Assembly (NCBI RefSeq): GCF_009914755.1
Contig: NC_060945.1
Strand: one strand, 5' to 3'
DNA from: the human T2T-CHM13v2.0 reference genome, Homo sapiens
Length of the DNA stretch: 64,000 nt
Shown here: positions 44,692 through 55,990 of the stretch, one piece after another
Position numbering within the stretch: position 1 is the stretch's first letter
Layout of the letters: the number at the start of each line of letters is the position of its first letter
Position numbers and translations under genes: made by a program
The notes under the pieces: model-generated
What the model was told of the DNA's origin: nothing
The model's database searches: none
What the model saw: the letters and a program-made list of their open reading frames with translations, nothing else

Positions 44692-45783
44692 TATATATAT
44701 ATGTCAGTTGCCAGGACTGCTGGGCAAGCCTGGGAAAGAGAGTACCTGGGGAAAGCAGCCTCCTGCTCCCCCGTGCCTTCTTTGAGCCTGATGTTCATTT
44801 GATGTGGTACTATATAATCACATCCAGTTTACCCTTTGAAATTCCTTGATTGTTCTTTTCTATTTCCTTGACACTGTCCTTTTACAGACCACATAATCTT
44901 ATCTGGAATACTACAACAGTTTTCTTTTCTCAGTGATTTTAGAATAACCTGTCAAAAACTCATCTGACTATAGTAGTACCTGCTTACAACCTTTTAATTA
45001 CTCCCCATTCCCTACCAGGCTGTGTAGCTCACTTGAGCTCTGCTAGGTGGTGAGGGAATCTGGGTCCTTTTTCTGGTATTTGAATTCAGTGCTACATAGG
45101 TTACTGGCTGGGTTGACAATCTGAAATTGTAAATCATGAGTATTCTATGTAGATAGACTGTCACGATTTACAATAAAACATTGACATGTCAAAGATCATG
45201 GTGATGTGAGGTTGGGTACTGTCTGTGAGAATTAATTGAGGAAATTAAAATTATATGGTTTTATTTACATAGAGTGTATAACAACTAGTTAAGGGATAGA
45301 TGTCTTCTTATCTGACTTTCAAGTATCTAAGAGTGGATTATTGTGCTTGTTAAAGTTCTGGGAACCATGGCTATTTTCTGAAAATACCTCAGTGATGACA
45401 AATGAATGACTACCAGCCTCTTGTAACATTAGGACTCCAGTTCATCCCTTTGCTTCATAGGTGTGTCTTTTCCTTTTGTATATATTTGCTTTAGTGTAGA
45501 AAATAGGTTTTCTTGATTAGAAATCTAAGAAGAATAAATTGAAAACTGGAGATTTTTCTATTGCTTTGGATTACCAAAATTAATGTAATTTGGCACTATA
45601 TCCCTGTGCCATTATTGTCTCTCTGGTAAGTAGATGGTAGGGTTTTGGGTGATTAAATTTTTTTCCCTATTTTGCTTATTTAATGGGCATATGTTTGTAT
45701 TAAAAAGGGGAAAATAAATAGGAATGTAGAAGATGTTAACTAATCGTGAAAGTTATTGGGAAGGGTTACCTAATTTAAAAGTT

Positions 45784-45952
45784 GGCCAGCCATGGCAGCA
45801 CTGCCTGTAGTCCCAGCTGTGGGGGAGGCTGAGGCAAGAGGATGGCTTGAGTTCAGGGGATAGAGGTTACAGTGAGCTATGATTGTGCCACTGCATTTCA
45901 GCCTGAGGGACAGAGCCAGACCCTGTCTCAGAAAAACCTAGAACAGCAACAA
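45784..45952 (+). mobile_element. Alu monomer (FRAM/AluJ right arm)
   Basis: gcctgtagtcccagctg..gaggttacagtgagctatgattgtgccactgca. Confidence 0.8.
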
Positions 45953-45984
45953 ACAGAGAGAGGAGCCTGGACGGATTGAGCAAT

Positions 45985-46170
45985 ATTAGTGTCCGGGAGC
46001 TGCAGTAGTGATGGCTTATGACATCAGGAATTTATTCTCTCACAGTTCTGGAGGCCACAAGTCCAAAATCAAGGTGTGGGCAGAAATGCGCTCCCTCTGC
46101 AGACTCCTGGGGAGGATGCTTGTTTCTTCCAGCTCTGCGACTGTGGTGCCTGCAGCCATTGGAACCAGCT
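45985..46170 (-). mobile_element. MLT1 LTR fragment
   Basis: aatttattctctcacagttctggaggccacaagtccaaaatcaaggtg. Confidence 0.75.
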
Positions 46171-49100
46171 CTGCACGGCTCAGACCTGGGTGATGAGGAC
46201 ACAGCTTTGCAGGTGGGCAGCCACATCCCCAGGGGGAGACTGTGGGCCTGTGGCAGGGTAGGGGCAACCAGTGCAGGGGCTCCCCATTGTTGCCCCTGAG
46301 CTCCTGGGGCTTGTGGAGAAAGACAGGTGGATGCACACATACTGCAGCTCCCTGGATTTGAGCCTTGGTTTCCCTACCTGTGAAATGGGCACCCATGGCA
46401 GCTCAGAAGTGTCTGGGAGCATCCCCTGTGGGGGAAGGTGTGGGGGGCTGCTGGGGCACAGTCATGGGGAACCCCAGTCCCCCTCTCCATGTGCTTCCCT
46501 CAATGCTCCCTGATGCCAGCAGTCCTGCCCCCGAACAGAAAGGGGCATTCCTGTGAGTTCCTTGTGTGGGGGACTGGTCACAGAGACTCCCCAAGTGCAG
46601 GGCAGGGTGGAGGGAGGCTGAGGGGTGGTTGAATGGACAGGAGAAGAGCTCTCTCCAGTCCCTTGGGTCTGGGTGGCCTGGGGAGCATCCATTTGGGCAG
46701 GCAGCTGGTGGGGCTGGTGGCTGAGCCACTGTGGCTCGGGGACCCCAGGCCAGGACAGAGTAGGGTGGGCAGGGAGAGCAGAGTGCGAGCATATGGGGCA
46801 GGACAGGTGTCTCCTGGACAGAAAGAGCCCTGGTCACTCATGGCTGCAGCATAGCCATGGCGACAGGAAAGTGCTGCTGTACATTGTGCTCCTGGGGCTG
46901 GCTCCCAATGGACACCCAACAGCATCTCCCCCATTGTACTGTGGGATGCTGGCAGTGGTGCTGGGCACTGGGGTAAGAGCCTTGGCAAGCCCTTCTCTCC
47001 CTGGGTGTGAGACTTTGGGCTCCTGGATGCCTGGGTTTCTGTGTCCTATTTTTCCCATGGAAGATGTTTGGGGTGCTCCCAGGAAATGGGGAGGGCCCTG
47101 GGGGGTCAGGATTGTATTATTAAAGCCAGAAAGTCTGGGGTTCCATTTTTAGCACAAGGCAGGCAGCCCATGAGCCCCAGCCCAGTGGCCAGCCTGTGTG
47201 GGAGGGGAGTGGGGGTCTGAAGGAGTGAGGCTTCTGTTACTGCAGGCTCCACAGCAGCCCCCCAGGGTGGCCCGTGTGGGCTGGACAGCGGGCACTGCAC
47301 CAGGGGCTCTGGCGCCGACCTTGAGCCATGCATCTAATGCCTGTGAGAGTGATCTCTAGGAGCCACTGCACAAGGGGGCAGATGAGGGAACCCTGACATG
47401 GCACAGCCGAGGGCGACCCCAACACGGAGCGGGCAGCTGTGTCCAGGCTCCACTGGATTCCGCAGAGGACAGAACACAGCTCTGACTCCAGGGTGTGGGC
47501 TCACTGAGGGACAGGACAGGCTGGGGTTGGGAGAGGGCCATGCTGCAGCTGGGCCAGATCCCACCTGCACCCCTCAGATGGCAGGGCCTGGACGTCTCCA
47601 TCCCCACCCTGACCCGGTCAGTAACAGCCATGGGCCAGCAGCCCCCAGCAACCCCTCCCTCTGTGAACTGCCAAGGACAGGAGGTACCACAGTCTCTTCC
47701 AGGCAAGAGCTGCTGGAGCCTTCTTTATTCTTGTGCTAGAAGCCCAGGGTGGGGAGAGGAGCCTGAGAACAGCCCAGTGTGGGCATCCACCTTCCTGCCC
47801 ACTTTGGAGGTCTGAGTCACCTCCGGCCACTCTCCCAATCCCCAGGAGCCCAGAGGCTTCCTGGAGCAAGCCACACCTGATCTCCACCATGGGTAGGAGT
47901 TCAAGGCCAGGCCAACAGGGACTCCACAGAGGGGCCTGTGGGTTAGCAGCAGCTGCCAGTGTCCAGATGGCCTCAGGGGTGGGGGTTAGACAATCTGGAG
48001 GTCAGCAGGGAATTCAGCATGAGGAGACAGCCCTTAGGGTTCTGGCCCAGCAGCCCCAGGTGCTGGCTCTGCACTGAGTCATGAAGTTTGTGGGCCAGGG
48101 GCGTTGGCCTCTCTCTAGCTGAGAGTGACTTCCATCACTGCTGTCATTAGCCTCCCCTGCATCAACCTGTCCCTGGGGTGGGAGCACAGTTGGCACAGGG
48201 ACCCTCAGGCCTTAGTTTTCCCTGCTGTAAAATGCATGTGATAGGCTGTCATGAGGTCTGAAGGAGTTAAAACCTGCCATGTGCTCAGGATGACACCTAG
48301 CTCGGTGCCTCCTACCCTGGTGCCACCATCCGGCATCAGAGATGAAATACTTCTCCCAGGCCCCCTCCCCTGGCACCCCCCACACTCAGCTCTCCATCAG
48401 CCACCCCCTCCAGGGTGGGACAAGGAGGTCCTGAGCCTGATGGGGACCTGACAGGGCTGGGCAGCGCCACCTGGGCCTGGGCGATAATGGGAGCCTGAGT
48501 GTGGGGCCTGCATGGAAGGAGCCATTGTTTCTTGGGCCTCTTAGTGGCTACTTCCCTAGAGTCTGGGAGAAGTGCTGCTGTTCAAGAGGGGACAGTGCCA
48601 GCAGCTCCTTCTGAGGCTGGGGTGGGCACAGCGTGGAGGGGCCTCACCTCCACCCACCTCCCATGGAGGTTCCTGGCTCTCCTGGAGGACTCCTTGCTAC
48701 TGGGCTGAGGCACCAGGGCTGACCAGTCCCAGGATGGTGTTGGACAACCTGCATCCCCCTGCAGCAGGCAGGGAGGGCACTGCAGCCACCACCCACCCAC
48801 ACCTGACCCCTCCCTGGCCATCGTGTCTAGGGTGGCAGGGAGTGAAGCCCCCACCCAACAACCTCCCCCAGCTCAGGGGCCTTTGAGTTCACCACCATCT
48901 GCCTCACTGCAGGTTTCCCCTGTGCTGGGGGTGATTGCAGGGAGATGGTTCTTTGGCGTTCCCTGGGCAGGTCATTGCCTCAGCCCCTGCCTGGTGTCCT
49001 GGAGCAGCTTTGAGGAGCTACACGGACAGGACACCAACTGTCTGCAGCCCCCAGGTGAGGCTTGGCTGCTGTGTCCCACTGCCTCTGCTCCTGGCTGTCA

Positions 49101-50609
49101 AAGCCCCATGGTAACAGCATCCAGGGTGAATTTAAATGGCACCCCAAAGAATAAGAGTGGGCCTGGGTGTCACTGTAGTGGCTGGTGGCTTGTGACAAGT
49201 AGTGTGGCTTCCGTGGTGATGAGAAGTGACAGTTCCCCCTGAATCTGCACTGGAGAGAAGGTCCTGGAAGCTTTCAGGCCCACCCTCCAGGGTCTGGGTC
49301 TGCATCTCTGAGAGTGGCTGGGTGAGCAGAAGAATCCTGACTGCCTGGCAGTCGGGTTTGGAGCTGGGGAGGGCTGGGCCTGGTTAGCAATGAGCCTATC
49401 ACAGTGAACCAGAGCTCAAGATAAAGCGAGAGGCCTAGCCCAGACACCTCCTTCCCTGGTCCCAGCCCCTGTGCCTTGGCCTGTGCAGTGGAAGCCAGGC
49501 TCCCTCCTCCAGGAAGTCTTCCCTGCACTTCCTGCTCACACACAGCCTCTCCCAGATTTCTCCCCATCCAGGCTGAGTAGGATTCCCAAGAAGGCTCCTC
49601 CCTGAGCCAACTGCCTGCAGTCAACATTATCACCTCCCCCAGTGAATGGCAGTAGTGTTTTTCATCTTCAGCAGTGGCCTCTGGAGGGGTCCTAGCAGGT
49701 CGGGGAGAGAGGTCTGAGTTAGTCCCACGTGAAAGGCAGCCCATGCCTCTCCTCCCAGCAACCCCTAGCAGCAACTTCCACCTGGCTGACCCCACCCAGC
49801 TCACAGAGTTGCCCAGCTGGGTGTCCTTGTGGTCGATTGGGGGGAAGGGGCTGTTACCTCCCGGTCCCCTTCAGGCTGAGACAAGAGCCCTGTGGGTCTG
49901 GATCTTGCAGATGGGACCCCCACCCACATGCTCTCCAGGTGGATGCCCACCCTGGGCTGTTCTCAGGCCCCTCTCCCCACACTGGGCCCACACCCCGGAG
50001 GGAACTCCATGTACCCCTGCCGATATGCCCATCTGAGCCTCAGGGGTCCTGGGCACTGAGAGCTGGGCTGGGCTGAGCTCAGGTACACACTGTCATTGGG
50101 GACGGAGAGGGGATGCTGAAGTGGGTGCTTCTGCGTGGGGCCTGCCTGGAGGATCGCCACAGCAGGTGCACCCAGCAGCCAGACCAGCTTCTAGCAGAAT
50201 AAGCGCACTGTCACAGGGGTATGTGAGCTGAGGCTGGGGGCCTGGAGGTGCAGGGGGAGGAGTTGGGGAGATGCAGAGGCCCCAAAGATGTCCCAAGTCC
50301 CTAAGACTCTGGTGAGGGAATGGAGGAGCCAGCACTGGTGGGGAAGTGGGCAGGGGGAACTGGATGGCCTGGCTCTGAGCTGGACACACGGTCTGCACCC
50401 ACACTTGAGCTGTGCTGTGAAGGCCCAGTCCCCACCTGGGCATGTCCTGTCCTCTGAGGCACAGGGATTCCTCCCCCTCAGCTCTGACCCCTCATCTCCA
50501 ACTGTTGGGATGACGAGTCCATAGGCAGAGCCAGCCTCACAGGGGACCCAAAGGCCAGTTCAGATGGACAGCAACTGGAGGTCCCACCGGGCACACACAC
50601 ACACTGTGC

Positions 50610-53600
50610 AGAAAGCTAACGCACTGTTTATTTGGGGGATTGGGGGGAAGCACCGTGCCGCTGCTCACTGGTAGCCAGCCAGCTGCAGAATGGTGGGGTA
50701 GCAAGTACGATGGGCCATGCACTTCTGGCGGTCGATGAAGAGACTGTTGGTCATGGCAGTGACGTCCTTCTCCAGGCTCATGTGGATGTCCTTGAGGTTG
50801 CGCAGGGACTGCTCCGCTTGTAGAAGCTTCTCCCGCAGCGCTGTGATGGACTTGTACAGCTCCTCCACCTCACTCACCAGCTTGGGGGTGTTGGGGGGTG
50901 TGAGCTGGGGCTGGGGAGGGCAGAAGTATGCACCTACTGGGGTGGAGGGGACCCAAAACTCCCAATGGGAGCTGGCAGGAGGTCCTGGGAAGACGCCATG
51001 AAAGGATCCTACCAGGAAAGCGGCTCTAGGGCAGAGCATAAATTACGAGGGTCCTCCCAGGGAGCGCGGGCCTGAGTGGGAATGAGTGACCCGCGTGCAA
51101 TCTCGACCCTGACAGGACAGGACTGGCCTCAGCCGACCAGGCTCAGTTCTTTCCATTCCTGATATTTGACGGAAGGAGGCACCCAGTTCCTTGAAGGAAC
51201 TGAGGGGCAGGGAAGGAAGAAAGGTACTTAGGCTCAGAAGGGGCCACCAGGCATCCATTAACAAGGGAAACAAAAGGACGGCCCATCTATGCCTGTAGCC
51301 CAGGCGTAGGTCATACTTTCCACCAGAGGTGGGGACAGCACCCTCAGGGCAGCAGGGAATGGCCCTCTCTGGCCTCTCTGGCCCCGTGGCCTCCAGGAGC
51401 TCACCTTGTCTGAAGGAGCTTCCTCCCGGGAAGATGAGGTAGCACAGGGTGGGGTGAGACCACGTGGGCACAGGTCCCTGGCACGGGGAGGCCCCCGACC
51501 CATGACCTGCCCAGTGTCATGTCTATATCTGTGTGTTTAAGGCGTGCTTGCATGTTGTGTGTGGCCGCAGAGTCTCCCTCCCCTCTCAGCACCTGTGGGG
51601 GATGTGTGTGTGGAGATTGGAGTGTTTATTGGAGAGGGTCGCAGCGAGGAGGTGGATGGGGGCACCTGGGACTGCCTCAGAGGCCCAGGCAGTACCTGAA
51701 CTGGGCTGCATCGCGGCACAGCTGCATGTTGGGCCGGTGTGAGAGCAGCTACAGCCGGGTCTGGGCTATGTGCAGAGGTTCCTCCTTGTCCTTGATGGCC
51801 TCCTTCAGTGCCACCACGTTGTGTTCCTGATCTGTGATTTCCCGCAGCATCTGCAGACAGGACAGTGCCCCTTGGGCCTGTGCCCCCATGCCCGGGCATA
51901 TGGAATGTAGAGACCAGTCTGGTCCTACCCAGCTCCTGGGGCTGTGTCCAGAGGGTGGTCCTGACCAGTGGCCCTGGGGAGGCGTGGGTGAGGGGAACAA
52001 TGTGCACGGGGCCCCCAGCGGGCTCTGGAGAGTCAGGCAGCCTGTTGTCTCTTAGCTCTGGTCCAAGAACCCCCATCCTTGGTGGTCACCAGGACCCAAA
52101 TCCTGCTCAAGGACTGGGGACTCAGAGGTGGTAAAGGCCATGCTGAGGCCCTAGAGTCAGAGCCCTGCCTGCCAGGCCAGGACTCTTGGGGACCTCCCAG
52201 GCAGTCAATGCTCCCCAGACCAGCTCCTGCCTCCATCCTCCCCACAGCTCCTCCTTCTCAGTCATGGGGGTTGCAACACACTGCGATCATACCCAGTGTC
52301 ACCTGGTTTTACATAGGTTTACGGAGAGGTGACACTTGCTTCTGGGGTCCCTCGGGATAAGTGGGACAGAGGAGAAAGGTGTTGAGGGCCCAGGCCAGGT
52401 GATGAGAGGGGGCAGAGTGGTGGGCAGGCGCCGGAGCCGTCTTCGGGGTTCAGGGTGCCCCACCTTGTGCAGGTGGTGCTGCAGCTTGTGCCGCGCGTCC
52501 TCCAGTTCCTCACAGCGGCGCCCGAAGGCCAGGTTCACGGCGTCACACTGGAGTCCCAGGTCCTCGGAGGTGTCGCGAAGGATGCAGTCCACCAGCACCC
52601 ACAGGTTGGCCGAGTCCAGGCGCTCGCGCTGGGCGTGGCACAGATTGTCCTGTGTGAACTTGGTCCGGGTCTCTGGGGTGGAGGCGCTGCGGGGCTGGGG
52701 ACAGCCAGGAGAGGGTCAGGGAGGCTATGCCAGTGGCTGGGGGCCCTGCCGCGCCCCCATTCCCTGTCTGCACCCCATGCTCCTGGAGGAACTGCATGGA
52801 CTCCAATGCACCCCGTGCAGACTCACAAAGCCCAGTCCCCCAAGCTCCCTGCCTCCGAGTGCCCCCCGCCCACAACTCCCCTGAGTCCACCCACACCCTA
52901 CCCACCCCGGGCACTTAGTCCCCTCCTGCCCCCGCGACCCCGTTCCCAGCACCGCTGCCCCCAAGGCCCCCTCTGCAGCACCTCCGTCCCCCGCAGCCCC
53001 CCTTCCCTAGTACCCAGCGCCCGCGTCCGCTTCTCGCACCCAGGAGTTTGCCATGCTCAAGTGGGCGGTGGTCGTGCTCCCTCTGCTGGCCTTGGGTGGA
53101 AATGCAATCCTGCCGGCGCCTGGGGCTGACCGCATCCCACCCTGTCCTGTCTACGGGCAACCAGGCTGTGCACGCGCTGGGCACTTGAGGAGGTCTTGCA
53201 CGCTTTCTCATGCCAGGGGCAGACAGTTGCCCAAGTGCCCTCGGGGGCGAGGGCCTCTGGGCCAGGCTGGGGGAAGCAGCGCCGCTGGGGCCCCCAGGCA
53301 GAGGGAGGCGAGACCACAGCCAGGGCAAGCACGGGGACAGAGCTGGGGTCCCCATCTCTTGGAAGGTGGTGGAGTGCCGGATGAGCCTGCACCTCGGTGC
53401 TCTGGCTGTGGTGGCGCCCGAAAGTCTCGTCGAGGTTGTAGGCCTCCACCTTGTCCGACCAGTCCATCTCGCAGATCTCCGTGTGCTCTCTGTTCAGTCT
53501 GGGGCGGGGTGGGGCAGGGTCTTGGTGTGTGGCCAGGGAGGGCCCCACTGGGTACCCTCCATGCTGCAGGCTAGGCCTTCATGCCCGCTTCAGGAGGGAG

Positions 53601-55990
53601 CTCTGGGCCGGCTGTCCTTGTGCTCAGCAGTGACGAAGAGCTGCCGCCCATGCTGGGAGGCTGCAGATCAGTTGTGGCACTGGGCTTTGGCCACTCAAAC
53701 TCAGGCTGGGCTGGAACCTCCCCCACCCAGCCCTGTGCTCCCACTGTGACCTGGGACAGCCCCTGCCGGCTCTGAGCTTCAGGGTTCTGTCGTTCAATGC
53801 CTTGCCCCAGGACCAGCCGTGGGTGGGGTCAGGAGTCATCCCTTGGGCAGCCCTCGACCCAAGGGTCTGGCTCACTGCTTGCACGATGGCTCTCTTCAGC
53901 AGCTCCTTAATGTTCCGGATGGGCTCAGCTTCCTGAGGGAGGAGACGCCCTGAGCACCAGATCCGGTCCTTGGTGAGGATCCCAGGAGGCCCAGCTGCTG
54001 AAGGCCTTGGTCAACACCTGAGCAACCAGAAATAGTTGAATGCCGGGCCTGAGCTCTGACTGTGCAAGTTCTGCTCTCTCACTGGGTTTATCCTGGGCTT
54101 TTGGGCATTCTCCTTGGTGCATTGTAAGTGGGTTGTTTTCCTCAAGGGCCTTCTATGGGCTGCTGGGAAGGTCCCTTAGTGGCAGTTCCCACGCCCCAGG
54201 CCTCAAGAGTCATCACTGCTGCTCACTCAGTGCACCCAGGAACGTTGGCCTGCCCCTGGCCTCTGGACAGCCCCCGAGGACCCAAACTCTGGGGGCCCAG
54301 ATGCCCGCCCAGGCTGCCCCTCAGGGCTCTGTGTTGGGAAAGACCATCCTCACACCAAGAACAGGAGGAAGACCCTGTGTTTCTTCTTACTGCCTGGCCA
54401 GTTTAATTTTCTGTGTGTAGGAACAAGCCTTTTTTCCCTGTGATTGGGGTCTTTGCCGGGACCACCAGCTACCTCCTTGTGTGCCAGGGCCTGAGTCCTG
54501 CACCCCTCTGTCCCTGGGTTTGCCTCTTCCTGCACTGTCAGTGTCTCCATCACTTCGCAGGCACCCTTGTTGCAGGCAGAGGGTTTGCGGGAGCTGCAGC
54601 AGTTCTTGAGGCACTGAGAAGGTGCAGGGGGATAGGCCTGCAGAAGGGGAAGGGAGGGAGGAGGGAAGGCATGAAGGGAGGGAGGGACTCAAGGGTTCTT
54701 GCCTGAGTTTGGGGGTATGGCAGGAGACCAGCTGCCTCCACCCCACATCTTTCACAAATGTCTACAGGCCTGTAGTGGTTCTCATGGAGGCCCCAGGCTC
54801 TGAGAGCTCAGGGAATTCTCCAGAGCCAGCATCAGGGCCAGGACTGAGTTACTCTCTCACCCTATGGGGTTGCCCCATAGACAAGCTGGGCTGGATTGGG
54901 AAGTTACAGGTGACAAGGAGAAGGGGACCTGTGGGTGCAGATCTTCGTGTCCCCGGCTCTGTATAGGATGAATGGGAGCAGTGGCTCCCAGCCTATCCCA
55001 CCCTACCTGTCCACACCCACAGTGCTGGCCCAGACCTGGGTTTCCACCTCGGGAGCAACTGTCCCAATCAGGGAGGGTCTCTGGGGAGCCCAGGGTCAGG
55101 ATGACTGTGCCAGGACTCAAAGGTATTGGAGGAGGAGAGGAGAAACAGCTGCTTGGAAGTCGGGGCCTTCTGGGGCAAAACTGCCTCCTGTCACTAAGGG
55201 GCCAGATTTCGGGACTCAGGGGTCTCACGCATAGAGGGCTGGTCTCCCGTGTGCTTGCAGCAGCCACGTGGCTTGTCCACATGAACTGCCGGGGGCTCCT
55301 CCTCTCTGTGCCCACAAGTCCTGGCCACCCAAGGCTGCTGGCACCTTCAGCAGCTCCGTCTCCACATGGTCACGCACAAGGTTGGTGTGCTGGTGGCACT
55401 GGCTGCACTGCATGTTGTCAGTGGCAATGGAGAAGGGCACCTCCATGGCATCCAGGGCGCGCTCCAGCCGTTGCTTCTGGGCCAGCAGCAGGTCGGTCTC
55501 CGCAGCCAGCACCTTCACCTCGCGCTGCAGCTCCGACTTCCAGCTGTGCGTGTCCTGCAGTCGCTCGCCCACCCTGCACGTGGAGTCTTGCTGTGTCGGC
55601 TGTGCCAGCGTCTGGGTCTCTGCGGCCAGCTGCTGGCTCTCGTGCCCCTGCAGCTCCCGCTCTGACTGGTTGCAGTCGGCGAAGGCCTGGTGGTAGCGAG
55701 CATAGCAGTTCTGGAACCACACCTCCAGCTGGCGGTGGCCAGGCCGGAGGACGTGTAGACGCCCGTGTTGCGGGCCACATCATACTCTTTGCAGGGCAGC
55801 TCGCAGGGCGACACTGTCTGCGGTGCCGGCTCTGGTAGGAGCACATCCGTCTGCACCATGGTGTCTGCCGCCCACCAGGGCCAGGGGAGTGAGGAGTGTG
55901 TGTGGTCAGCTTGTTGCGGTCAGCCCAGTGCAGTCATCGGTCGGCTCCAAAGGCTCAGTCCCAGAGCAGGACGTGGCTCCCAGTCGCTTG
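50610..55990 (-). pseudogene. TEKT4P: Tektin-4 unprocessed pseudogene, all six exons (TEKT4P2/MAFIP-type copy)
   Basis: Exons at ~55345-55859 (ATG), 53862-53932, ~53355-53498, 52464-52686, 51696-51850 and 50665-50881, with tektin peptides throughout. Lesions: frameshifting deletion at ~55728, lost donors after exons 2 and 3, +1 insertion in exon 3, TAG at 51749-51751, altered exon-6 acceptor. AATAAA at 50627-50632. Confidence 0.96.
50665..51039 (-). CDS. MAFIP: 124-aa MAFIP-like ORF (intron-5-derived N-terminus plus tektin-4 C-terminal coiled coil); translation uncertain
   Basis: Open from ATG at 51039 to the native TEKT4 stop, followed by AATAAA. MLCPRAAFLVGSFHG...LQLAGYQ matches my recollection of the MafF-interacting protein. 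Confidence 0.6.
   Translation of the reverse strand: MLCPRAAFLVGSFHGVFPGPPASSHWEFWVPSTPVGAYFCPPQPQLTPPNTPKLVSEVEELYKSITALREKLLQAEQSLRNLKDIHMSLEKDVTAMTNSLFIDRQKCMAHRTCYPTILQLAGYQ

Noticed and set aside
53053-53574. Plus-strand 173-aa ORF with GCCATG and a signal-peptide-like start (MLKWAVVVLPLLALGG)
   Set aside because: Antisense to TEKT4P intron 3/exon 3 in GC-rich DNA where such ORFs arise by chance. The remainder is low-complexity with no recognisable domain.
54972-55838. 288-aa plus-strand ORF
   Set aside because: Antisense shadow of GC-rich TEKT4 exon 1.
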